Positions 40,893 to 56,593 of a stretch of DNA of 64,000 nucleotides are shown piece by piece. Within the stretch, counting starts at the first letter, position 1, and every line of letters begins with the position of its first letter. The stretch comes from Eledone cirrhosa (taxonomy: Eukaryota): NCBI GenBank assembly GCA_964016885.1, contig OZ024743.1, forward strand, positions 19,902,001 through 19,966,000, written 5' to 3'. A program made the position numbers and the translations under genes. The notes under the pieces were generated by a model. That model did not search any database. It was given only the letters and a program-made list of their open reading frames with translations, and had not been told where the DNA came from.

Positions 40893-43800
40893 CATCATCA
40901 TCATCATCATCATCGATTAACTTCTACTTTCCACGCTAACATGGGTTTAGACGGGAATTGTCCCACTTGAGGCAAGATTGGCTGGTGTCCATGTCTCGCT
41001 TGTAGATGACTGTCTGGCAGATTAACTACAGCTGGGTGTCCTTCATAACACCAACCACATTTACAGTGTGGACTGGGAGGTTTTTACCGTGTTACCTACA
41101 CGGCCACATTACAGTGTGGACTGGGCGTTTTATTGTTGTGACACCTACATGACCTCATTTATTTAGGACTGGATGTTGTGGTACCAACTTTACAGAGAAA
41201 GGGTGGTGTTGGTGGGAGTGGGAGGGTGGAGTAGCGGTAGTGGGATGGGGTGTATATTTGGTTAAGAGGTGCCTACTGACTGTAGGTTTCGCTTTGTACA
41301 TAGGCAAGGCGGGTCTCCTGTATTACTCAATGGCGCCAAAGATCTCGGTCCAATGACATTGTCTTAGAGAGGTGCAAGTGTGTAAAGTCGGAATTTATCA
41401 AATGCTCCCAGGTTTTTCTGGGTCTACCAACTCAGTAACTTCCATCGATTCTGATCGCCCTGCACTTTTTTATACAGCTGTCGTCTTTCATGCGCATCAC
41501 GTGACCATACCCACGTAGTCTTCTCTCAAGTAAACAGCATTTTATCCCTCTTATTCCTAATTTCTCACTTAGTTCATTTATGTTTTGCCGTTCGCGTATA
41601 TTACTATTACACATCCAACGCAGCATGCATGCTTCGTTCCTCTCCAGTCTGCGCAGGTCCTCTGCACACAATGCCCATGTCTCACTACCATGTAACATTG
41701 CTGTTCGTATACAATCTGCCTTTCATTTTTAGAGAGAAACCTTTAGTGGCCAATAGTCGTATAAGCCCTCAGAACTTTTTCCACCACGTTCTGACTCTGG
41801 CTACTGTACTTTCAGAGCACCTTCCAGCACTGCTGATTTTGTCACCCAGATAACGGGAAGTGCGAACTATTTCTTTAGAACCATCTGGGCAATAGAAAGA
41901 GCTAGTATCCTGTGGGAACTTGCTACTTATTGCACCTGAGCATCGGCCACATATAAAATTTACGTTCTTAGATAGCTTATCTGTGATCCCACTATATCTT
42001 TTATGTACCCATAGTTTGCATTTGGGACATAAAATGGCATTTCTGCCTACTCTTTTCCTACACACTGAGCATGGCCATTTCCCAGAGAGCACCTGTGCCC
42101 TATTTTCCTTTCTACATACTAGAACATACTAGAACTTTTGTCTTAGACAAGTTAACTTTAAGGCCTTTTGATTCTAGGCCATGCTTCCATGTTTGGAATT
42201 TATTCTCCAGTTGAGCCATCGATTCAGCTATGAGAGTTAGATCATAGAAGTTTCCATGGGCAGCCGGTCTTGAACTCCTCTGTTATAGCCTGTAGGGCAA
42301 TAATAAATAGGAAGGGGCTAAGGACAGAGCCTTGATGAACACCAACTTTAACGCTAAATTCTTCACTATATTCATTATTAATTCTAACCTTGCTGACTGT
42401 TTCTTTATACTTAGCTTGTATAGCTCTCACAAGCCATTCATCAACCCCTAGTTTTCTAAGGGCCCACCAGATAATGGAGCAGGGGACTCTGTCAAAGGCT
42501 TTCTCCAAGTCAACAAAAGCTAAGTAGAGGGTTTTACTTTTAGCTAGGTACTTCTCCTGTAGTTGTCGTACAAGGAAAAGAGCGTATGTGGTACTTTTAC
42601 CTGACACAAACCGAAACTGCATTTCATCTAGATCAATTTGCTCTCTGGTTAGTTGCGCTATAACTCATTCTGTGACCTTCATGACCTGGTCAAATAACTT
42701 AATGCCTCTATAGTTTCCCCTATCTAGAGCATCTCCGTTACGCTTGTAGCAGTTAATGATTGCTACGCCAGTCATTTGGTATAACCACATTCTGTATTAC
42801 TTGGTTTACTATCCGGGTGACCATAGTATGTCCCACCATTCCAGATGCTTTCAACATCTCAGCAACTATTTCTGAAGGCCCAGCTGCCTTGCCTATCTTC
42901 ATATCTTTGATTGCCTTACTTATTATACTACCTTTAACTTGCACCGCTGGTCCCTCTATTGGATCGATTTGGGGCAGTCTATCTTTTTCCCATTTATTCT
43001 CCTCATTTAGTAGTCTCTCGTAGTGACAGTTCCAAGCTACCTTCTTATCAGAAGCAGTGAGGGCAAATATACCATCATCATTATGGACACACTTCTCCCC
43101 AACAATATCATGGTTTTTCTTGACACATTGTCTTGTGGAATCCTGAACACCTCACGTTTTTGGTCCTCACGTTGTAGAACATGCTTGAACTTTCTATCGT
43201 CTGCTTCCCTTTTTGCAAAGTACACTTGTCTCCTAGCTTCTCTCCTGGCCACTTTATAGTGTTCTATACTTCCTCCATCCTGCCATACTTTCCAAGCCTG
43301 CTTTTTGACTTGATTGACTCCTCCACCTTACTGTTCCCCCACCAAGTCCTTCAACTTCCATATTCTACTCCCCAGAGTCCTCCTCTGTCGTCGAGTACGT
43401 CTAGTCCTGACTATGAGGTCACTAACTATGAGGCTATGTTGGGAGGTGCATTCTTCACGGGGGAGGACTTTAGTGTTTACAGCAGACACTCTGTCACATC
43501 TAGTAAGGATATCATCTATCTGGCCGGCGTGTTCCCCTGATCTATAGGTGATCGAGTGATTGTCTCGTTTTTTGAAGTTTGTATTACAGATAGTTAGGTT
43601 ATTAACGTCACAGAATTCCAGGATTCTAAAGCCTTCCTCATTTCTAGTACCAAACCCATAGCCTCCATGGATTCCGTCATAGCCATCACAATGTTGTCCA
43701 ACATGACTATTTAAGTCGCCAGCAATAATTATGTAGTCACTGTCGGTGATTTGGGAAGTAGTGAGCATTAGCGACTCATAGAATCTGTCTTTTATAATGT

Positions 43801-44350
43801 CAGGTAGGCCAGATTGGGGTGCATAAGCGGATATTATTGTCACAGTAGTTCTATTTAAGACTAGTCTTGTTTTAATTATTCTGTCGTTCACTCTATTTAC
43901 GGCAATTACCTTATCTACCTATTTTTCTGCTAACATAATTCCTACTCCACCCAGCCCATTGTCATTTCCCACCCAGAAAAGTTTTATAGCATCGTTTTAC
44001 CCACAATGAATCTAGCAGACCAACCCCTCCACCTAGTCCACTTGAACACAACAGACATCAACTTCCTTACGTTCAAGCATCTCTACAACCTCGTTAGAGC
44101 GACCTTTCAAAGTGCCTACATTCATGGTACCAACTCTGAAGTTTTGAATTTCGTTGGGTGGGTGGAAGGGATGGGTTGGAGGCGCAAAGAGTGGTGTGGG
44201 AGATAGAATTATGTTGGCCATCCGTGTCTGAAATAAAGAGGAGTCCCTGCATTCTCGTCCGGCAGGAGGAGGTGAATTCATCTTTATCTTTGACATTGTC
44301 ATTGAATGTTCAGATTGCTCAAACTCTCCAAATTCTGTAGTCCATTTAGC
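40893..44350 (-). mobile_element. Near full-length RTE-clade LINE (APE endonuclease, RT, PHD-like finger), disrupted; (GAT)n tail
   Basis: VGTMNVGTLKG..VCCVQ; ISAYAPQ..GDLN..IDDIL..SQHSLIV; GKAAGPS; FVDLEKAFDRV; GVHQGSVLSP; CSVC..CPKC..WVHK..CGRC; LHGSETW; RRLRGYGHV. Tail (CAT)n at 40893-40914. The 5' boundary is approximate. Confidence 0.92.
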
Positions 44351-45550
44351 ATATCGAAAAGCAGCCAGGTCTAAACTTAAGGAGTAATAGCTGAGCCGGT
44401 GGCTTTGTGATATAGATTGGTAAGAGAAACATACTACAAACCGCTGAATTATGATTGGACCAAATAGCAATAGTGGCGTGGGGGGGGGGGGGTACGAGAA
44501 GATTATTTTTATAAAGGTCCGACAGATTCATCCGTATTATTGAAAAGTTAAATGAACATATAACAAATAATAGCAGTTTAAATACGAGAAGATTTTTTTT
44601 TTTTTTTTGAGGGTCCGACAGATTTATCCATAATGTTGAAAGGATTAGATTCTAAGTTAAACGAACATATAACAGATAATAACAGTTTAAATACTGATAG
44701 GTAAATGGACCAAGAAACATGGAGAGACGAAAAGAAAATGAACTGCATACATTACATTTTTCAAATCAACAATTCGGCAGTAAGATTCGATAAACTCTGG
44801 TTCAGTACTCTAGACAAGGTTTGCCAATTTTTTTTTTTAATTTAAAGTATCTTAGGTGTCATATCATCTTTAAGAGTGTCAATTAGCTATTCATTTTATT
44901 AAATATTACTTGTTCAATTCACTATTCAAAATAGTTCTCCAGCTCCAATATTTCTGTTTCACCCACTACTTGAAATTGCTTCGTTTCAAGTAATGTTTCT
45001 TTCAGAGGAATTATCTTGTGCTCGGGTGCAACTAAAGATTGGACTATCATCATCATCATCATCATTTTACGTCCGCTTTTCCCTGCTTGCAAGATCTACC
45101 CCAAACTGTTAAACTTTTAAATTTCTTTCTAAATGATTGTATATTTTGGCACTACATTTGATAACATCCTTTCCTTGTTATATTGAAGATTTCTAATATT
45201 GGATTACTAATTCTAATTAGTGGAATTGGGTTGCTGACAGTGAATTCTTGTCATTGCTGAGGTTTCAGGTGATGCCAGTGATTGTGCCTGGTTGTTTCAG
45301 CATCTTAGCCTCGCCATCACCTATGGCAATGGTGAGAGCATATTGGCTTCGCTCAAAGTGTTTGGTTAACACTTATGATGAGATGTGCAGCTAATTGCCA
45401 CACAAGCTGGGGAATTCCCTCCGTTTTTTATTCTTTTTTTCAGGTTCTTTTATCTCTCTTTTATGCATTTATATTTGTATATATAATATGTGTTTGCGTT
45501 TTCATTCTGTAAGCATTACATTATTATATAATGCTTACAGAACGAAAAAG

Positions 45551-45729
45551 GGTGGTGGATTAACAGTAGCGATAGAGCGTTGGACACCATGATTTGCAGC
45601 ATAAATTCTAAGATCAAATCCCACCGAGATTAACTTTGCCTTTCATCCTTATGGGGTCGATAAAATACAGCACCAGTAATGCACTGTGGTTATTGCTGGT
45701 TATTGCTGCCAAAAGTGGAAACAATTATA
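45551..45729 (+). mobile_element. tRNA-derived SINE family A (diverged); other diverged copies at about 30270-30380 (+), 34030-34160 (-) and 49070-49270 (-)
   Basis: GCCTTTCATCCTTATGGGGTCGATAAAA body and GAAACAATTAT tail. Confidence 0.8.
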
Positions 45730-46273
45730 TTATTATATTCTGCTCTTACCTTTTCTTTTTATTTTATTTTAAATTATTTAAATCCTTTTATGTTCGATCA
45801 TTTTCATTTAATGCCATGTTTCCTTCATTTTGTTGTATGTACTTTTCCTATACGCGTAATTTGTTATATTTTAAATGATTTTGACTATATATATGTAAAC
45901 ATTTAGACTGGCAGTTCTCCTTCCTCTTTATTCACCTGTTTTTCATTTTATCTAAATGGTAAATCCCCTTCGCTATCTCTCTATTTTGTAATCAGTCAAG
46001 CAATAACATACTTCTCTTCCAAACCTATTGAATCCAACCTTGTTTTGATATACAAAAACCGCCACTGTGAGTGTTTTAAAACATTTTTGGAGTTCATTTT
46101 GCACAATCACTGGGAGATTGGAAACAAAGAACTTGGAATAGTGATTTTCAAAATGTCAGCTTTGAATAAAATTTATAATGTTTTCAACATTAAATATTCT
46201 CTTTTTACCTTCTACTTCACACTTATATATGTGTATGAGTGTGTTTGTATGCATGTGGATATGTGTATCTTTG

Positions 46274-46334
<61 letters not shown>

Positions 46335-46373
46335 ATATGTCGCTCTATATATATATATCATGTGGGTACCTGA

Positions 46374-46404
<31 letters not shown>

Positions 46405-46621
46405 TGATATATTTATAGAGCGACATATACACACACACACATATAAATGTGAGTCGTGTGTGTATGAGTATGTATGTATGTGGATATGTGTATGTTTGTC
46501 TGTGTGTATATATATCTATTAATTATATATATATATATTATATATATATATATATACATACACCCACATGATATATATAAAGAGAGTGAGAAAATGCGAG
46601 AGGGAGAGGGGTGATATGTGT

Positions 46622-46744
<123 letters not shown>

Positions 46745-47595
46745 CACCCACATGATATATATATATAGAGAGAGAATGAGAAAATGAGAGAGGGAGAGGT
46801 GTGATATGTGTGTGTGTGTGTGTATGTATATGCATATATATATATTATATATATATATATATATGTGTGTGTGTGAGACGTGTGTGTATGTGTTTGTGTG
46901 CATGTGAGTGTACAGCATATAATATATATATATATAGCCAACATGAATTTTGTTTTATTCCCTTTTGCTGTTGAAACATATACTTATCTTTAGGGTGATA
47001 TAAACCCCTGGCAAACAAGATTGTGTAACATTTAATGCTTTTTTTTATTTTTTTATTGTATTCTTTTTTATTTGTTATGGGTTTGATTGTTTCTGTTTGT
47101 TTGTTTTTTCATTTCGTTTAAAATGAGAAACCTGTAAAATTTATATTCAGATAACAAAATATATCTTCTATTTTAAAAGCTATTAACTATACCTATAAAT
47201 TTATAACGGTTTTAAGATGGGGAAATAGTTTTCTTTTAAGGTTTCACAATGTTATATAAATGAGTTGATTTAATTGATACATATTATTTATAGTTTACAA
47301 GGTTACATAGTGGAAAGTATGAGAATGGTTCGTAGCTGATATGCTTTCAATATATAATGCTATTGGCAAAATAGAATTCTGTAATGGAACGAATAAAATG
47401 TCATTATATGTCATTCTATAATATAGGTTTTGCACTTTTTACTTTCAGTGAACACCCATGTATGAAAGCAAACATGTGAATCTTAATATCATTGCTAAAT
47501 TGGTGGAAATAACAGCCAAATCTCACCCAAATCCTAGAGCATTAAAAAAAGGAAGGAGTCAGTTGATGACATATATATTGATATATGCATATATG

Positions 47596-47697
<102 letters not shown>

Positions 47698-48097
47698 CAT
47701 ATTTACATGTAAATATATATATATATATATATACATATATACATACATATATATATATACATATATATATATACACACACACATAAGTACATACACACAC
47801 ACATATATATATATATATATGGACAGTTGATCGACAAGATCCCAGACCTCATTCGCTTAACAAGTCAAATCGGACAGAGGAAACAAGGTTTCCAATTTTT
47901 TTTTCAAATTGCTAATACTATCTGTCAGTCACAAATGCAGGCAAAAGGAGCAACATGAAATAAAGTGTCTTGCTCAAGGACATAATGCACATCGCCAGGT
48001 CCGGGAATCTCGAAATAACAACCTCACAATTGCGAATCCAATTCTCCAGCCACTCAGCTACGTGCCCTCAGATATATATATATATGTGTGTGTGTGT

Positions 48098-48217
<120 letters not shown>

Positions 48218-50356
48218 TATCTGGTATACAACAGAAACCGCATGGCTGACCCAGTGCTAAACAACAGCGATCCATAAAATATAATATAGAATAGAGTTGT
48301 CTACCATTAACACCAACGACATTTAGCCAGATTTTGTTTTTGCAGCTTTATTCATTTTTTCTGCATGGAATGATGATTTATTTATTGTAACAATTCTTTT
48401 TTACAGCTAACTGCACTTCCTCACACTAATCACTCAACATATGATTTAAGACTGAATTCTATTCTTTCTTTTACATCAGGCAAATTATTAAATTAGAGCA
48501 AGTGAGTTATGTACTTTTATTAGAGATGCAATACAATGACAACAGCAATATGCTAATGACCAATATGATCTATAGTTTGCCAACTGATCCTTATAGATTG
48601 TCTCAGAGACTAGTATTCTTGTTATTCTTCAGTTGTTTTATCTATATTGTGTGCTGTCATCTGCTCTATTAGGAGCAACTCTGTTGTCCTTGGCTGTCAA
48701 CAGGAGTTTATTTCAATATTGTATTTTCTACTGGACTGTTAGAATCCTATGTAATGACTATAATACCTAGTAATACATAGTCCTATGTGCTGTGCATATT
48801 TGTACGTTCTGGTGTTTTAGTTATGTATTTGTCGTTGTTTTTAATCAGTCCTTGGTTTTATTTCTAGATCTATATATTTTGAATAATTTCTTCTCTTATT
48901 TGAGTGATAGATTATTGTCTGTTTGGATTAATACTTCTATTAGAAATTACTTCCATTATGATATCATACCACCTTTCCATGATCTCCTAGTTATGTAAAT
49001 TGACATAGTTCCAAAATATGATCAATATGTCATTCTTATAGAGCTTTTTCTTGTGAATAATTATAATTTTTAATTTAGGCACAAGGCCAGATATTTGTGG
49101 GGAAAATAAAGACAAGTATATCAACACCAACATTTTACTGGTACTTTATTTTCTCAACCTCAAAAAGGTGAGAGACAAAGTTAACCATAGTGAAATTTTA
49201 ACTCAGAATGTAAAGAGCATGAACAAGTATTGCAAAGCATTTGTCCAATAATCAAACAACTCAATCAATCAACTACTCTTTTCTAGGGTATATTTTTTGT
49301 CTTGGTATTTATAATGCTATAAGGAACTTTGTCTACCTATACATATGTTATTTTTGGAGAACAAGAGGAAATATGGTGAATTGTTTCTTCTCAATTTTTA
49401 CAAATTCTGCAGCTGCTTAATGTGTGTTTTGTTTAATGAAAATTTTGATTTTGTTTTGCAATCAAGAAGCCTTTAACCCTTTAGCAGTTACATTACTCTA
49501 TATATATCATTTGTATTTTTGTAGCAAAGACTTTATCTTACATCAGTATTCACATAATATTGAATCTATGAGATTTTGATATTATTTATTTTGAGAACAA
49601 TACCTTAACATAAGTATGAGTGGCCAGTTACAGTCGGTTTGAACAGAAAGAGGTGAGAGAATTCTGGTCGGATATGGCTAAGGAATTAATGACAGTTTTG
49701 AAGGTAATTTTTATATAAATACTGCCCTCTATACAGCTTTGTTTTGGTTACTTTTTAGCTTTTACAGTTGGTTCTTCTTTCCATATACAATTATTTCTTA
49801 TTTCAATCTTTGATTTTCATTTGTTGAAAATAGAAACATTTTTTTGTTAGTGTTTTGTAACTATTTGTAATAATTTTCCATTATTCTCTGCAAGATACTT
49901 TTGTGGTCCCTGAGTGGATAACGTATAATAGTTTTTCGTTCTTACACTCTGCATTGATGGTAACTATAACATTTCTACGCCAGATTATGGGTAATGTATT
50001 CTAAATAGTGTTATTATTTTTCCTTATTTTTATTTTTATTTTATTTTTTTTATTTTTATTTTTATTTTTATTTTTATTTTTATTTTTATTTTTATTTTTA
50101 TTTTTATTTTTATTTTTATTTTTATTTTTATTTTTATTTTTATTTTTATTTTTATTTTTATTTTTATTTTTGTTTTTGTTTTTATTTTTATTTTTATTTT
50201 TATTTTTATTTTTATTTTTATTTTTATTTTTATTTTTATTTTTATTTTGTCTTGCTAGTTTATTTAGCCCCAGTTAATAATATAACTATAAGTGATTCCT
50301 GAAACAGCTAGAGCATTGAGGATTTTTACTTCCCTGTTTTAAGCTAAGTATGAATA

Positions 50357-50537
50357 TAATTGTTTCTACTTTTTGGCACAAGGCCAGCAATTACCCAGTG
50401 CATTACTGGTACTTTATTTTATCGACTCCGTAAGGATGAAAGTCAAAGTTAACCTCGGAGGGATTCGAACTCAGAATAGCAAGGGCCCTAACTCTGTGCG
50501 TCAAAGCATAGCGTCCGACCCTCTACCGATACTGCCA
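50357..50537 (-). mobile_element. tRNA-derived SINE family A
   Basis: Reverse complement of 15087-15270 at high identity. Confidence 0.88.
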
Positions 50538-50743
50538 AAATATAATGTGCCTATAATGTTCCGTACTAACATGGTCTCTAATTTATTTGTGATGAACTAC
50601 ATCTAGTTCTTATATTCTTAATGTCAGACCAATAACAACAAATATACTGATAGAGCATAAGTTAGGATACAATTACCAAAATAATCTATTTGCAGATGTA
50701 TTTGGGGATAGCCTAACAAGTGACAGTTAGGAATATAGGCTCT

Positions 50744-50813
<70 letters not shown>

Positions 50814-51262
50814 TTATTTGGCATACACACACAGATATAGTCATACAAGTTTGTATATACACACACATATACATACTAATAACCATATTAATTTACTGAA
50901 ACACACACAGTGATAACACCAATAACACACACTCACATATAAAGACACACAAAAATTACAGGCACACATGTACACATGCACATGCAAACACAAACACAAA
51001 CACAAACACACACACACAAAAGAAAAATAACATCACCGGCACTCGAAATGCACTCCATCTTACACACACATAACAGTACCAATGACAAGCTCAGACTTTT
51101 TAATTCGGCCCCCACCTACGGTATACCTTGCCTGACATTCTCACACATCCTGATAAAAACATTTTCTCTCTTTTTTCTCTGTCCTTCCAACATTTTCTTT
51201 CTCTGAGTCTTTCTCTTTCCTAATGAAGGCCTAATGTCCAATACATTGAAACACTCTTTTTC

Positions 51263-51494
51263 TAGAGAATAATTCACTTTTTTTGTTAATTAGGGTCTCA
51301 TAGTTATTAATAATCAATAGGGTCTCCATTGTACAGAGCGCGCAGTTATTTGATATACAAGAGTTGCGGTAAACTCCACAGTTCCGAAGTTTTGTCCAAA
51401 GAATGGAGTATTTTAAATTCCTCTCTTTTAATGACCCTGTTGATTATTAATAACTATGAGACCCTAATTAACAAAAAAAGTGTATTATTCTCTA
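51263..51494. repeat. ~60-bp inverted repeat
   Basis: 51263-51325 is approximately the reverse complement of 51433-51494. Confidence 0.85.
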
Positions 51495-52982
51495 GTTGCC
51501 TTCATAAAGCTACGTCCACATTCTTAGCCTCCCACAAAACTAGAAAAAAAGAGAGAGAAACACTAAACCATTAAAATATTGGTTGTCAGACGTATATAAT
51601 CAACAGGGAAAAACATTAATCGCCTTTAATATTGCATTATCTTTTAACTATCTATAGAAGAAATAACGCTCGAATGTTCAATAACACGCCGGAACATTGA
51701 TATACATAACATAATAATATCAACTTTGATCCAGACCATTATTTCTTTATTTCTCTGTCTTTATCATCCTAAGTTTTAAATTTTTGGAACTTATTTCTAA
51801 CTGTGAATCTTTCATGCATTTTCGATCTCTTATTTATAATATGTATGTAATTATATTTTGTAAGTTTTTTAAATATACCTACCCCATTTTTATATCCATG
51901 ATTCAAATATAGAGCAAATATCCAAACTATAAATTATTATAGACCTTATTTTGAACTCTGAATTATCCATGCATTTATTATTGTTTTTTCTTATATATAT
52001 GTATGTATTTAACTGTAACACGTCGAATTTTATTATATAAAATTATAACTGTTATCATTTACCTAAAGTATACTGTATCACTAATACCTAATATATATCC
52101 ATATATACCTCCCTGTATCTTTCTATACATAATTTTTAGTTAACTTCTAAATTTCTTGATTATTATTTATTTTGAACTATGAATAATTAATGCATTTACA
52201 CCCTGTTATATAAAGGTATATATTTAACTTTAGCATGCCTCAATCTATTATTTTATTTAAAGTAGAAACAATTATTTTATTTTTATTTTCGTTATCATTT
52301 ACCTAAAATATACTGGCTCATTAATATATATCTATATACATAATCGTTATTTAAATATTTCTAACAATAAGTACTTCATAAGCTTTACATACCGAATATG
52401 TTGACATTGATTATCTTCGTTAAAGTTTACATTTAGGAAAATATTTAACAGTGTAAACTTTCCTTTTTGCTGGCCAGCTAAATCCTTTAAATGTTATCCT
52501 CATAAAATTCAGAAGTTTAGAAATGTTAACACACTTATAGAATTTACAAAACTAATAAATATAAATAACCAGCAATTTTTTTTTTTTTTAAAACCTAAAA
52601 TCCTGATTCTTCACCCTAAAATAGCATAAATTAAATATTTTCAAACTTAACCGTTTAACTTTCGGAAAAAATCCCCTTCTGCATATATTACCCCCCTTAT
52701 CTTTCCCTCTCTATAAATCCTATTTCAGTGGCTCTCGTTGACTGTTATAATTCATGAGATGTTTTTCTAGATAAACATCACTTGTAGTATCATGCATTTT
52801 AAAATCTTAATAGCTGTCACATTAACCAACGTTTTTCTTACCCACACATTATCTATTGAATTTATTACGTTTTCGCATTTTCTCATTATCAGGGTATAAA
52901 TGTTAAATATTCTCTTAGGTTAATCACTACCTTGATTAAATCTTAACCATTTAACATCTCAGGGTATGTCATGTATCATTAT

Positions 52983-53035
52983 ATTTTGTCTGATGAGGAC
53001 GTACTGTTGTACATCCGAAATATGTATAATAAAAT
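52983..53035 (+). ncRNA. Minimal type I hammerhead at the 3' end of a ~1.4-kb AT-rich island
   Basis: attttgt-CTGATGA-ggacgtac-tgtt-gtacatcc-GAAA-tatgta-TA-ataaaat. Confidence 0.85.
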
Positions 53036-54244
53036 GTAATTGATCAAAAGAACATCTATTTTATTAATATTTGTATTTTTATATATATATATATATATAT
53101 TAAAATACAAATATTAATAAAATAGATGTTCTTTTGATCAATTACATTTTATAAATATATATATATATATGATAGTATTGAAGTTTGCTTGAAGCATTGT
53201 GGAACAATAAGTAAATATTTATAAGTCGTTTGGAAGCCTCGACAATGCAAATGGGTAAATCTCCGGGTAACAAGGTCCGGTGGTGGAGAGAGAGATATGT
53301 AAGTGGGTGTACGTTGAGATGCGTGGTGTGTATAAGATGTGTGAGATGTGTAGAATGAAGGGAAGAGTAAAAGGGTAAAAATAATAATAACAACACAAGA
53401 GAGAGAGTTACCTTGGGAGAGATTTAATAGTCCCTATATATTTCGGATTCACATCCATCAACTGGGGGGTTTTTCCGGGGTGGGGGAAAAGGTTGTCTGT
53501 CGGACAACTCGAAACGCGTCTTTCGCTGTTTGTTGATTTGAATATCTGAGGTATTCGGCCGAGCGCGCGTGCGCGTGAAATGGGGTCGGTCGTACAGAGG
53601 TCAGCGGCCGAATGAGGGAGTGGGATGGCGCTAGCTGTCAGTCCATTCTCTGCCTGTTTGTTAAATGTTACTGTGTGTGTGTGTGCGTGTGTTGTCTCGC
53701 TTAAGTGTGTGTGTGTGTGTGTGCGTGTATAGTTGCCTTGTTCATCTGTATTGGTAGTGTAGTATGTTCGTATGGTGGAATGCTACTATGTGTGTGTGTG
53801 CGTGTGTGTGTGTAGTTGTCTCGTTTGCGTGTGTGTGTGTGTGCGTGTGTTGTGTGTTGTTGCATCGTTTGTTAACTTAAACCAGCCATTTCATTTCGCT
53901 TCTCTCTAATCGGTTGTTTATTTGCGGTTGCAGTCGTTTGATAAGAAGCGCTTCCTTAATACGTAACGTGACGACGTTTCTTTCAATCGCTAGAATTGTG
54001 ACAATGGGCCTTCCGTCTTTGTTTCCGCATTTGTCTATGTGTTTCCGGAAAGACATGGTTTAATGTGTTCCTTGATCCGGATGTGCTAAGGTCGAATTGT
54101 GCTACCTATGTAGTATTGGTTGCACCTGTCAACATTCTATCTTATACACGACGTATGTGCGTAGGCAACAGTTAGCATGGCGTATCGGGCAGTCTATGAG
54201 GGAGCATGCGTCAGTAGATTTTTCGGTTTTCCTGGAGAGGCATC

Positions 54245-54885
<641 letters not shown>

Positions 54886-54994
54886 TAAAGGAAAAGAATG
54901 ACTTCAATTGTAGTTCTCTAACAATTTTATTTAATTTTATAATATAATTGGAAAGTTTGGTTTTGTAGGTCTACAAAACCAAATTGTAAAATGA

Positions 54995-55865
<871 letters not shown>

Positions 55866-55964
55866 TAATATTATAAAATTAAATTGAATTGTTTAGAACT
55901 ACAAGTGCAATCATTATTTTCCTTTTTTTAAATATACCAAACTGTATGAAGGATTTCACACATT

Positions 55965-55997
<33 letters not shown>

Positions 55998-56004
55998 TCA
56001 TCCT

Positions 56005-56567
56005 CAGTGTATACTGATAATGTTCAGAGCCATCCTCACCATTCTCGTGTAGCACCCATCCACCATCTGAGTGAGTTTCTTGGTCAGTGTCCAAGTTTCA
56101 GACCCATACAGCAGCACAGACTCCACTACAGCAATGAAGAGGTGGATTTTCAGGTCTCTACGAAGGTCCGACTTCCACACCGATCTCAAGCTGTGGCACG
56201 CCGCCCAGGCCTTGCTCTTCCTCTCAACCACATCATCTTCTGTATTCCCAATCTTTGCTCCCAAATACAGGAAGCCCTCAACTCAGAGCTGTATGGGAGC
56301 ATCCCAAAAGTCAGCTCAAAAGTGACACGGAGGAGACTGAGGTTAGCTGGACATGCTCACCGACATCCAGAGTTGACATTGCACTCAGTGCTCCTTTGGG
56401 AGCCCCTACATGGACACACTAGAAGAGGAAGACCAAGGTTAACGTATATTTATGCCCTAAGGACAGACACTGGTCTATTGGAGACGCAGGACATGGCAGC
56501 GATAATGAGGGACAGAGACCGCTGGAGAGAACTCGTCCATGGATCTCGGGAATTTTACCCGCCTTAG
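56005..56567. mobile_element. 5'-inverted 3' fragment of a second RTE-like LINE
   Basis: Minus 56005-56278: RKSKAWAACHSL..VESVLLYGSETWTLT..YTRMVR. Plus 56279-56567: ELYGSIPKVS..RRLRLAGH..LLWEP..RGRPRLTY..DRDRWR. Confidence 0.85.
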
Positions 56568-56593
56568 AAAATATATATATATATATATATATA

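Noticed and set aside
51215-53470. Degenerate HHR-like motifs at about 51219 (CTAATGA) and 53430-53468 (CAGTTGA, minus)
   Set aside because: Essential core bases are mutated without compensation; probably dead relics, so not listed as features.
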